DNA of 51,748 nucleotides from Candidatus Sericytochromatia bacterium (GTDB lineage Bacteria; Cyanobacteriota; Sericytochromatia; S15B-MN24; UBA4093): NCBI GenBank assembly GCA_036676495.1, contig JAKFCT010000058.1, positions 1 to 51,748 of the forward strand, read 5' to 3'. Shown piece by piece: positions 19,726 to 30,328 of this stretch (position 1 is its first letter; each line of letters starts with the position of its first letter). The notes under the pieces were generated by a model. It saw only the letters and a program-made list of their open reading frames with translations, ran no database searches and was not told where the DNA came from. The position numbers and the translations under genes were made by a program.

Positions 19726-21327
19726 TCAGGTGGCGGCGATCGCCCAGAGCCCTCCATCAAACGACGGAAAGACGCAGAGCCCCTCTCCCACCGCCGGGGT
19801 GGTCATGATCGGCCCCGCCGTGGTGATGGCGTCCAGGTGCGCTCCCGTGGCCTTGTCCAGGAGATAGAGCTTGCCGTCCGTGCTGCCCACGGCGATGCGA
19901 TCGCCCATGAGGGCCGCGCCCCCCACGATGGCCCCGCCGGTGGTGGCCATCCAGCGCACCGCGCCCGTCGCGCGCTCCATGGCCACCAGGCGCGAGGACG
20001 ATCCCCCCGCGATCACGAGATCGTCCACGATCAGCGGCCGCACCTGAAGGCGATGGCCCAGCTGCCGCTTCCAGAGGACCTCTCCGGTCGCGGCGTCCAA
20101 GGCATAGAGCTGCCCGTCGAACGAGCCCACGAAGCAGCGCCCCTCCGCGTCCACGACCGGATCGCCCTTGACCTCGCCCCCCGTCACGACCTTCCAGCGC
20201 AGATGGCCGTCCTCGGCATCCGCGGCGTAGATCGCGTAGTCGTTCGCCCCCACGATCACCTGCTGGCGATCGCCGTCGAAGCACGGAGAGGAGTGAATGT
20301 AATGCCCCGCCTTCAGCTCCCAGGCCTGGCGGCCCGTCTTCGCATCGAGCGCCAGCAAGCTGCCCCCGGCCTCGCCGTACTCGACCCCGATGAGGATCCG
20401 ATCGCGAACCGGATCCAGCGCCGGAGAGGAGCCGACCCATTGGCCCGGCCGGGTCTCCCAGACCACCCGGCCGGACTCGGCGTCGACCGTGTAGACGAAG
20501 CCGTCATAGGCGCCGAAGGTGACCCGGCCCGTGTGATAGAGGGGCGTGGAGTGGATCCCGCGCTCGCGATCCCGCACCACGACTCGCCAGCGCTCCTTCC
20601 CGTCGAGCGACAAGGCCGCCAGGAAGCCGGCGTCGCTGCCGACGAAGAGGCCATGCTCGGTGAGGATCGGGCTCGACTTGGGCGCGGAGTAGCGGCCATG
20701 GTTGAGGGGGCCCCACTTCCAGCGCACGGCATGCGATTGAGGATGGCGGGCATGACCCAGGTCGACCCCCAGCTCCCGTAGCGTGAAAAGCGACTCGAGC
20801 GGGAGGCCCTGCGCCTGAAGCCAGGCGGAGCCCGCGCGTTCGCAATCGATCATGGCTCCGACCGCCACGACCTCGGGGCGCATGGGCGCGAGGATGGAGA
20901 GGGCGCGGCGCTGGGTCTCCCCGGAGTTCACGAGATCGTCGAGCAGAATGACCCGTGCGCCGGGCTTCAGCGGGGGACCTTCGACCCATTTCTGAAGGCC
21001 GTTGCCCTTGGGCTCCTTGCGGATGATGAAGCCTTCGAGCGGATAGCCGTCCGCCCTGCTCTCGTAGAGCAGGGCGATGGTCAGGGGATTCGCCGCGAGG
21101 GTCATGCCCCCCACGGCATCCGGACGGTAGGGCTTGAGACGCTCCCAGAGCAATCGCGCGGCGTGGTGCAGGGAGGTCGGCGTGAGCAGGACCTCCCGGC
21201 AGTCGACCATCCAGTGATACGGACGTCCCGAGTCATCGACGCCCTGGCCGAGCTTGACCCCGTCGTTGAGAAGCGCCTGGCGAAGTTCGCGCTGGTACCG
21301 GGAAAGAAGGTTATCCTGGGCGATCAC
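19726..21327 (-). CDS. Orotate-PRTase-like domain fused to PQQ/BamB-type beta-propeller
   Basis: N-terminal RKEPKGNG..VEG and PRPP loop VILLDDLVNSGET; about eight G.LYALDA.TG..W-type repeats. Confidence 0.85.
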   Translation of the reverse strand: MIAQDNLLSRYQRELRQALLNDGVKLGQGVDDSGRPYHWMVDCREVLLTPTSLHHAARLLWERLKPYRPDAVGGMTLAANPLTIALLYESRADGYPLEGFIIRKEPKGNGLQKWVEGPPLKPGARVILLDDLVNSGETQRRALSILAPMRPEVVAVGAMIDCERAGSAWLQAQGLPLESLFTLRELGVDLGHARHPQSHAVRWKWGPLNHGRYSAPKSSPILTEHGLFVGSDAGFLAALSLDGKERWRVVVRDRERGIHSTPLYHTGRVTFGAYDGFVYTVDAESGRVVWETRPGQWVGSSPALDPVRDRILIGVEYGEAGGSLLALDAKTGRQAWELKAGHYIHSSPCFDGDRQQVIVGANDYAIYAADAEDGHLRWKVVTGGEVKGDPVVDAEGRCFVGSFDGQLYALDAATGEVLWKRQLGHRLQVRPLIVDDLVIAGGSSSRLVAMERATGAVRWMATTGGAIVGGAALMGDRIAVGSTDGKLYLLDKATGAHLDAITTAGPIMTTPAVGEGLCVFPSFDGGLWAIAAT

Positions 21328-22274
21328 TTGCCCCAGTCCTTGACCCCGAACCAGACATCCTCGGTCATGTGGGTCTGGCCGTCCTGGACGAAGCTCGAGC
21401 GCTCGAGCGTCTCGCCCTTGGCGTTCTTTTCGTGATGCATCTTGACCGAGATCTCGGTGATGCCCAGCTCCCGGAGGGTCTTGAGCTCACCGCCCTCCAG
21501 CTTGGCGTCGCCGTCATCGATCCAGACCTTGAGGCCGTCGAGCTCCTCGCCGGTGAGCTTGCCGTCGCCGTCCTTGTCGAAGCCCTGAAGTTTTGCGTAA
21601 CCGTTGTAATACGTGCCGCGCTCGTCTCCGAAGAGGCGCTTGCCGTCGATCTCACCGTTGGTAAGCATGGCGCCGGTCGCGCCGCCGTCCCGATCGTCGA
21701 CCAGCAAGCCGTCTCCGTCGCCGGCCAGCCACTCGATCTCGTCCTTCTTGCCGTCCCCGTCGAGGTCGAAGGAGACGGTGCGTCCGAGCGTGCCGCGGTC
21801 CCCGTCGCGGGCGGTGGTCTGTCCCGTGACGCCGATCTTGCCGTCGTGGTTGAGGTCGAGGACCAGCGGGTCGCCGCCGCCGCCGTCCCCGCCGTCACCG
21901 CCCCCGCCGCCTCCCCGCGCGGGGATGTCGTTGTTGGGGCGGCTGACCGGGAAAACCGTGCCCATCTCCATCCAGGGAATCCCCTGGGGGACGCGATCCT
22001 TCCAGGGATCGGGCATGACCACTTCGTAGCTGTCCGCCCAGTTGCTGACGCTCGGTTTGGGCGCCTCGCCGCCCGGCAGCTTGACCTCGTCCGACCAGGA
22101 GGTCTTCTGAGGCGCCACGGGAGTCTCCGAGGCGGGAATGGTGACGGCTTCCGCCCAGTTGCTGGTGATGGGGGTATCGTCGGGAAGCGAGATGGTATCG
22201 GTCCGCGGCGTGTAGATCACCTCGGCCCACTGGTTCGTGTAGTTGTTGCCAGAGCCATTGATGGGGGTGCTCAT
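21324..22274 (-). CDS. Protein with W-repeat N-terminal region and FrpC-type self-processing Ca2+-binding module (Asp-Pro intact)
   Basis: GGGG-DP-LVLDLNHDG, FDLDGDG..EW, DGLLV.D, LFGD, GY..L..D.DGDG, LKVW.D, ELKTLRELGI, DVWF. Confidence 0.75.
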   Translation of the reverse strand: MSTPINGSGNNYTNQWAEVIYTPRTDTISLPDDTPITSNWAEAVTIPASETPVAPQKTSWSDEVKLPGGEAPKPSVSNWADSYEVVMPDPWKDRVPQGIPWMEMGTVFPVSRPNNDIPARGGGGGGDGGDGGGGDPLVLDLNHDGKIGVTGQTTARDGDRGTLGRTVSFDLDGDGKKDEIEWLAGDGDGLLVDDRDGGATGAMLTNGEIDGKRLFGDERGTYYNGYAKLQGFDKDGDGKLTGEELDGLKVWIDDGDAKLEGGELKTLRELGITEISVKMHHEKNAKGETLERSSFVQDGQTHMTEDVWFGVKDWGK

Positions 22275-22283
22275 CCGTTCCTC

Positions 22284-23420
22284 CTACTTCGACGCGAACC
22301 AGACGTCTTCGGTGACCTTGGTCTCGCCGTTCTGAACGAAGTTCGAGCGCATCAGGTCCTCGCCACGGGCATTCTTTTCAAGCTTCATCTGCACCGAGAT
22401 CTCGGTGATGCCCAGCTCGCGCAAAGTCTTGAGCTCACCGCCCTCCAGCTTGGCGTCGCCGTCATCGATCCAGACCTTGAGGCCATCGAGCTCGGCTCCG
22501 GCAATCTTGCCGTCGCCGTCCTTGTCGAGGGCCTTGAGCTTCTCGTAGCCGTTGGCGTACTTGCCGCCTTGATCTCCGAAGAGGCGCTTGCCATCGATCT
22601 CACCGTCGGTGAGCATGGCGCCGGTCGCGCCGCCATCCCGGTCGTCGACCAGCATGCCGTCGCCGTCGCCGCTCATCCACTCGATCTCGTCCTTCGTGCC
22701 GTCCCCGTCGATGTCGAAGGAGACGGTGCGGCCGACCTGATCGTCGATACGCTCCTTGGCCGTGGAAACGCCGGTCGTGCCGAGCTTCCCGTCGCCGTTG
22801 AGGTCCAGCATGATGGGGCTCACGGCCACGCCGCCCTGCTCGTAGCAGCGGCGCGCCGCATCGAGGTCACCCCGCTGCAAGGCCTCGTAGGCCTGCCGCA
22901 TGAACTTGGTGGTCTGAGGCCCCCAGGCCTGAGTATCGAAAGCGGACTTGTTGTTGTTGAGGAGCACGTCCCGCTTGTGTCCCCGGTGATCCGTGCGGTA
23001 CTTGCCGATGCCCAGGGCGTCCTCGAGGGCCAGGGTCAACTCGCGCCAGGTCGGCCGATCCGGCAGGGAACGGCTGACGCCGCCGAGCGTGATCTCCTTG
23101 ACGTCGATCGTGGGCTTGTAATCGGGAAGCTTGATCTCGAGCGCATCCGACCAGACGTTGGTCTTGGGAACATCGGGCGGCAAGCCGATGTGATCGAACT
23201 TCTCGGTGAGGACCGCATCCGCCCAGAGTTCGGTCGCACCGCCCAGCTGGGAGGCGTTGCCGTTGCCGGTGGCCATGGAGGCGTTGTCCTGCGCCATGGG
23301 AGCCGCAGGCTGGCCTGCCGCCGGAGTGGGAGCCGGAGCCGGAGCTGCCGCCGCTGCTGCCGGTGCGGCCGGGGCCTGGGGCGGTAGAATCGAGGGGCCA
23401 CCATTCAAAGGCGTCGTCAT
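22284..23420 (-). CDS. Paralog with the same self-processing-module-like domain (Ser-Pro at the junction)
   Basis: SPIMLDLNGDG and near-identical C-terminal domain; start placed at ATG 23420 after GGAGG. Confidence 0.75.
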   Translation of the reverse strand: MTTPLNGGPSILPPQAPAAPAAAAAAPAPAPTPAAGQPAAPMAQDNASMATGNGNASQLGGATELWADAVLTEKFDHIGLPPDVPKTNVWSDALEIKLPDYKPTIDVKEITLGGVSRSLPDRPTWRELTLALEDALGIGKYRTDHRGHKRDVLLNNNKSAFDTQAWGPQTTKFMRQAYEALQRGDLDAARRCYEQGGVAVSPIMLDLNGDGKLGTTGVSTAKERIDDQVGRTVSFDIDGDGTKDEIEWMSGDGDGMLVDDRDGGATGAMLTDGEIDGKRLFGDQGGKYANGYEKLKALDKDGDGKIAGAELDGLKVWIDDGDAKLEGGELKTLRELGITEISVQMKLEKNARGEDLMRSNFVQNGETKVTEDVWFASK

Positions 23421-23459
23421 GGGCTTCCTTCCTCCCTGGGACATTCACTACTGAGTTTC

Positions 23460-23500
23460 TTATGCCGCAAAAACGGAGTCCCATGCGCGTCTTTACGGAG
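23460..23500 (-). promoter_or_regulatory. Shared bipartite upstream motif, copy 1
   Basis: CTCCGTAAAGACGCG-N17-GCGGCATAA. Confidence 0.65.
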
Positions 23501-23528
23501 ACTTGTCTCAACTAATCAGAGATTTAAC

Positions 23529-23555
23529 AAAGGGCCCCCCGGCAGGGGGCCCTTT
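23529..23555 (-). terminator. Hairpin terminator after 23591-24262
   Basis: AAAGGGCCCCC/GGGGGCCCTTT stem. Confidence 0.65.
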
Positions 23556-23590
23556 CCGTCTCGACGGCTCCCCCGGCGACGCGACGCCAC

Positions 23591-24262
23591 TCACCAGAGG
23601 CGGAAGCTCGTGATCGCGTTCCACGCGTTCTTGGCCGCGTCGGCGACGGCGTTCGCCGCTTGCTGGGCCACATGCCCCACGTGGCCCACGGCGTCCTGGA
23701 CGACATGCCCCACGGTCCCGACGACCTGCTGAGCCGCATGGCCGACCTGCCCCGCCAGGTCCTGGGCTCCCTTCCCGACCGCACCGACGAGGGCCGCGCC
23801 TCCGTCGAACACCGCGCGCGCGATGGGCAGCGTCGGAACGAAGATCCACTCCAGCATCGACAGATCCGGTCCGTCGTCCTCGTCTTCCTCGTCGTCGGGG
23901 ACCGATCCGAACGCCATCGCTCCCTGGCGCGACGGCGAGGTGGGCGTCCGAACGGCCCCGGCGTAGTTCGCGGAGATATCGGGGGTCGACTCCCAGTTCC
24001 AGGCCGACTTTGCCGGAGACGGCAGCGAGGGAGCGCTCGGCAACTCGAAATCACTGGACCAGAGCGGGGTCGTGGCCACCCGATTGAGCGCCTCCTGGCC
24101 GGAGGGCACGGCGGCCGAATCCGCCTGAACGCCCGGAACCGGCACGGCGGCGGTGGGAGCGACCAAGCCGCCGGGGCTGGCCGGAACGGGGCTCTCCGCG
24201 GCCGCCCCCTGGGAGACGCGCGGTAGCGGGGCCGTGGTGGGAATCCCGGAAATCGAGGCCAT
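23591..24262 (-). CDS. Hypothetical protein, disordered N-terminus and C-terminal 11-mer amphipathic repeats
   Basis: AAAGGAGG RBS; own upstream motif and terminator; GxVGH(V/A)xQxx repeats. Confidence 0.75.
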   Translation of the reverse strand: MASISGIPTTAPLPRVSQGAAAESPVPASPGGLVAPTAAVPVPGVQADSAAVPSGQEALNRVATTPLWSSDFELPSAPSLPSPAKSAWNWESTPDISANYAGAVRTPTSPSRQGAMAFGSVPDDEEDEDDGPDLSMLEWIFVPTLPIARAVFDGGAALVGAVGKGAQDLAGQVGHAAQQVVGTVGHVVQDAVGHVGHVAQQAANAVADAAKNAWNAITSFRLW

Positions 24263-24313
24263 GGCGAACCTCCTTTGATCAAAAAACGATGAAACATCAT
24301 CAACGCATGATCG

Positions 24314-24354
24314 TTATTCCGCGTTCCGGGAGAAAGGCACGCGACTTAACGGAG
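24314..24354 (-). promoter_or_regulatory. Shared bipartite upstream motif, copy 2
   Basis: CTCCGTTAAGTCGCG-N17-GCGGAATAA. Confidence 0.65.
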
Positions 24355-24427
24355 TTTTATTGAAATCTCCGCAAACGCAAAACGTCCGGGCGATTGCCCG
24401 GACGCTCGAACTGACGAAGGAGGGCCG

Positions 24428-26587
<2,160 letters not shown>

Positions 26588-26596
26588 GGGTACGGC

Positions 26597-27400
26597 TTAC
26601 GATTCCTTGGCCAGGAGAACGACCGTGACGTTGTCGTAGCCGCCGCGCTCGAGGGCGAGGGCGACCAGGCGTTCACAGGCCTCCTGCGGTTCGGGCAAGT
26701 CGTTGGCGATCTGGGCCATCTCTTCGTCGGAGACCAGGCCCGAGAGGCCGTCCGAGCAGAGCAGGAGGCGATCGCCGATCTGCCAGTCCACCTCGAAGGT
26801 ATCCGCTTCGATCTCCATCTGCATGCCGAGGCAGCGGGTGATGACGTTGCGGTACGGGTGGCGCTGGGCTTCGGCCGGGGTGATGGCGCGGGCGCGCAGC
26901 AACTGGGCGACGACCGAATGGTCCTCGGTGATCTGGACGATCTCGCTGCCGCGCAGGTGGTAGGCCCGGGAGTCGCCGATGTGGCCCACGTAGACCTTGT
27001 CGGCCACGGTGACCGCCACGGTGGCGGTGGTGCCCATGCCGCGCATCGAGGAGTCCTGCAAGGACGCCTGGACGATCTCGCGGTTGGCGTCCTGGATGGC
27101 CGTCTGGATCAGATCGACCAGGTTGCCGTTGGCTTGCGCGAGCACCTCGGGGGTGAGGGCGCGGGTGATGGCTTCGACCGCTCCTTGGGACGCTTTCTCG
27201 CCGGCCAGGTGGCCGCCCATGCCGTCCGCGACGATGAAAAGGCCGTGGTCGGGATTGCTCGCCAGGTAATCCTGGTTGATTTCCCGCACCTTGCCCACGT
27301 CCGTCAGACTTCCGACGCGCAGGCCTCCGATGGATCCTTGCAAGGGGGTTTCTCCGTCGAGGGCTTCTTTCAGGGAAGCCGATTCATGCGTGTTTGCCAC
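26597..27400 (-). CDS. PP2C-type (Stp1/PrpC) Ser/Thr phosphatase
   Basis: NQD, VADGMGGH, MGTT, GDSRAY, LLCSDGL, GGYDNVT. Confidence 0.95.
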   Translation of the reverse strand: MANTHESASLKEALDGETPLQGSIGGLRVGSLTDVGKVREINQDYLASNPDHGLFIVADGMGGHLAGEKASQGAVEAITRALTPEVLAQANGNLVDLIQTAIQDANREIVQASLQDSSMRGMGTTATVAVTVADKVYVGHIGDSRAYHLRGSEIVQITEDHSVVAQLLRARAITPAEAQRHPYRNVITRCLGMQMEIEADTFEVDWQIGDRLLLCSDGLSGLVSDEEMAQIANDLPEPQEACERLVALALERGGYDNVTVVLLAKES

Positions 27401-27469
27401 AGATCACCTTTAAATGCGCCTCGGCGCCGGAAATGCTCCAGGAACGATCAGCTGAGTCGGGCGCGGCGC

Positions 27470-27733
27470 TCAACCATACTGGGGACGGCTGCGCAGGGCA
27501 CCCAGGACCTGGTCCTGGGTGGCCATGCCGCTCTCGAGGAGCACCTGGACCAGCGGCACTTGCTGCTCGACCTGAGTGGTCACCGCCTGAGCGAGTTGCT
27601 CTTCGGTCAGGACCCCCATCTCCACGAGAATCATGCCCAGGGTCGGTCGGTTGTTAACCGCCGGGGTCGGGATCAGATCCTGAGGAACTTCGAAACCGTA
27701 GGAGGTCTGGAAGGGGTCGAAGTTGAAGTCCAC
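27470..27733 (-). CDS. Small stand-alone MshEN-like protein
   Basis: LGMILVEMGVLTEEQLAQAVTTQ plus a degenerate second repeat; GTG start 1 nt after the gyrA stop. Confidence 0.7.
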   Translation of the reverse strand: MDFNFDPFQTSYGFEVPQDLIPTPAVNNRPTLGMILVEMGVLTEEQLAQAVTTQVEQQVPLVQVLLESGMATQDQVLGALRSRPQYG

Positions 27734-27734
27734 G

Positions 27735-30218
27735 CTACTCCTCCACGTTCATGGAGCCGCCGCAGCTGGGATCCGAGTCGTCCTCGTCGGTCACCACCAG
27801 GGCGACGGCGGCCACGCGGTCGTTCTCGTCCATGCGCTGCAGGCGCACTCCTTGGGTCATCCGGCCGAGCTTGGGAATCGAATCCACCTTCTGCCGGATC
27901 ACGATGCCGTTGGTGGTGACCAGCACCACCTCGTCGGTGTCCTGAACGATCATGATCGACGAGACCTTGCCGTTGCGGTTGGCGTTGAGCTTCATGTTGA
28001 TGAGACCCAGGCCGCCGCGGCCTTGCTGGCGGTACTCTTCGATGGCCGTGCGCTTGCCGTAGCCGTCGGTCGTCACCGAGAGCAAGGTGCCCTCGGCATC
28101 TCCCAGGGTCATGCCGATCACCTTGTCGCCTTCGCGCAGGGTGATGGCGCGGACGCCGCGAGCCGGACGGCCCAGGGGGCGCAGCTCTTCCTCGGGGAAG
28201 TGGATGGCCATGCCCTCGGAGGTGGCGATGATGACCGAGCGGTTGCCGTCCGTGTGGCAGACCCAGCCCAACTCGTCCCCGTCGTCCAGGGCGATCGCGA
28301 TGATGCCCGAGCGGCGGATGCTGGAGAAGGACGTGAGATCGGTCTTCTTGATGGTACCTTCATGCGTGAGCATGATCAGGAAGTCGCCCTCCTTGAACTC
28401 CGAGACCGGCAGGACGGCGGTGATCCGCTCGTCCGGACCCAGCGGCAGGAGGTTGACGATGTTGAGGCCTTTGGCCTGGCGCGAGGCCTCGGGGATCTCG
28501 TAGACCTTGAGCGAGTAGGCGATGCCGCGGTTCGAGAAGAAGAGCACCTGCGAATGGGCGGTCCCCACGAAGAAGTGGCGGATGAAGTCGTCCTCGCGGG
28601 TGGAGATGCCGGCGATGCCGCGGCCGCCCCGGCGCTGCTTCTCGAAGGTGTCGACGTTGAGCCGCTTGATGTAGCCCTGGTCCGTGATGAAGATGGCCAT
28701 GGGCTCGTCGGCAATCAGATCCTCCTGGCGGATCTCGCCGGGATCGTGCGTGAGCTTGGTCTTGCGCTCGTCGCCGTAGCGATCCTTCACCGCGAGCAGC
28801 TCCGTGCGGATGATGGCGTAGACCTTGGCCTTGTCGGCCAGGATCGCCGCGTACTCCTCGAGGCGGGCGCGCAGTTCGCGCTCTTCGTTCTCGAGCTTGC
28901 CGACTTCAAGGGCGGTGAGGCGCCGCAGCTGCATCTCGAGGATGGCGTTGGCCTGGACTTCCGAGAGCGAGAAGGTGTTCATCAGGCCCTGGCGAGCGGC
29001 CTCGGTGTTCTCGGCCCCGCGGATCAGGTGCACCACGTCGTCGATGCTGCGCTGCGCGACGATCAAGCCCTGCACGATATGCATGCGGGCTTCGGCCTTC
29101 TTTTGCTCGTAGCGGGTCCGGCGGGTGACGACGTCCACCCGGTGATCCAGGTAAAGCTCGAGCATCTCGGAGAGCTTGAGGACGCGGGGCTGCCCGTTGA
29201 CCAGGGCCAGGTTGATGATGCCGAAGGTGGTCTGCAGCGAGGTCGCCTTGTAGAGGTGGTTGAGGACCACCTGGGGCACGGCGTCGCGCTTGAGCTCGAT
29301 GACCATGCGCATGCCCTGGCGATCGGACTCGTCGCGCAGGTCGGAGATGCCCTCGATCTTCTTGTCCTTGACGAGGTCGGCGATGTTTTCGATCAGGCGC
29401 GCCTTGTTGACCTGATAGGGCAGCTCGGTGACGATGATGGCGTGCTTGCCGCGGGCCATCTCCTCGATCTCGGCCACCGCGCGGATCGTGACGGAGCCGC
29501 GCCCGGTGGCGTAAGCCTCCTGGATGCCCTTCTCGCCGAGGATCATGGCGCCCGTCGGGAAGTCGGGCCCCTTGACGTACTGCATGAGGTCGCCGGTGGA
29601 GAGGCCCGGCGAGTCGATCATCGCCACCAGGGCGTCCACCACCTCGCTGAGGTTGTGGGGCGGGATGTTGGTCGCCATGCCCACCGCGATGCCGGCCGAG
29701 CCGTTCACCAGGAGGTTGGGGATCCGCGAGGGAAGGACCGCGGGCTCCTCGGTGGTGCCGTCGTAGTTGGGAAGGTGATCGACCGTCTCGGAGTCGATGT
29801 CGGCCAAGAGTTCGGAGGCGATCCGCGTGAGGCGCGCCTCGGTGTACCGGTAGGCGGCCGCGGGGTCGCCGTCCACCGAGCCGAAGTTGCCGTGGCCGTC
29901 GACCAAGGTGTAGCGGATGGAGAAGTCCTGTGCGAGGCGCACCATCGCGTCGTAGACCGAGGAGTCGCCGTGCGGGTGATACTTACCGAGCACGTCGCCG
30001 ACCACGGTGGCCGACTTGCGGTGCTTGCGGTCGGAGGTCAGGTTGTTCTCGTGCATCGAGAAGAGGATGCGGCGGTGGACCGGTTTCAGGCCGTCGCGCA
30101 CGTCGGGAAGCGCGCGTCCCACGATGACGCTCATGGCGTAATCGAGGTAGGACTGCTTCATCTCCTCGCGCAGCGAACGCGGAATGATACGGGAATTCGG
30201 GGTCGGGGTATCTTGCAC
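27735..30218 (-). CDS. gyrA: DNA gyrase subunit A
   Basis: [33 protein letters not shown], GyrA-box QRRGGRG; GTG start at 30218 after GGAGGAG. Confidence 0.97.
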   Translation of the reverse strand: MQDTPTPNSRIIPRSLREEMKQSYLDYAMSVIVGRALPDVRDGLKPVHRRILFSMHENNLTSDRKHRKSATVVGDVLGKYHPHGDSSVYDAMVRLAQDFSIRYTLVDGHGNFGSVDGDPAAAYRYTEARLTRIASELLADIDSETVDHLPNYDGTTEEPAVLPSRIPNLLVNGSAGIAVGMATNIPPHNLSEVVDALVAMIDSPGLSTGDLMQYVKGPDFPTGAMILGEKGIQEAYATGRGSVTIRAVAEIEEMARGKHAIIVTELPYQVNKARLIENIADLVKDKKIEGISDLRDESDRQGMRMVIELKRDAVPQVVLNHLYKATSLQTTFGIINLALVNGQPRVLKLSEMLELYLDHRVDVVTRRTRYEQKKAEARMHIVQGLIVAQRSIDDVVHLIRGAENTEAARQGLMNTFSLSEVQANAILEMQLRRLTALEVGKLENEERELRARLEEYAAILADKAKVYAIIRTELLAVKDRYGDERKTKLTHDPGEIRQEDLIADEPMAIFITDQGYIKRLNVDTFEKQRRGGRGIAGISTREDDFIRHFFVGTAHSQVLFFSNRGIAYSLKVYEIPEASRQAKGLNIVNLLPLGPDERITAVLPVSEFKEGDFLIMLTHEGTIKKTDLTSFSSIRRSGIIAIALDDGDELGWVCHTDGNRSVIIATSEGMAIHFPEEELRPLGRPARGVRAITLREGDKVIGMTLGDAEGTLLSVTTDGYGKRTAIEEYRQQGRGGLGLINMKLNANRNGKVSSIMIVQDTDEVVLVTTNGIVIRQKVDSIPKLGRMTQGVRLQRMDENDRVAAVALVVTDEDDSDPSCGGSMNVEE

Positions 30219-30328
30219 AGGTTCTCCTCCGGCTAGGCCTCCCCTCACCGGAACGCATGCCGCGAAACGCGGCATCCGATCCCTGTCGTGACATCAAGGG
30301 AGGCCCTTCCAGTATAGCATGATCCGAG

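Noticed and set aside
21870-21915. GGC-rich tandem-like repeat
   Set aside because: Simply encodes the Gly linker before the Asp-Pro site.
29900-30000. Quinolone-resistance substitution in GyrA
   Set aside because: QRDR reads [10 protein letters not shown], with the usual Ser and Asp retained.
27723-30236. Long antisense ORFs (837 aa here; also 25397-27919, 39129-41744, 21369-23387, 35748-37415 and others)
   Set aside because: Shadow frames of well-supported genes in high-GC DNA; no motifs or RBS.
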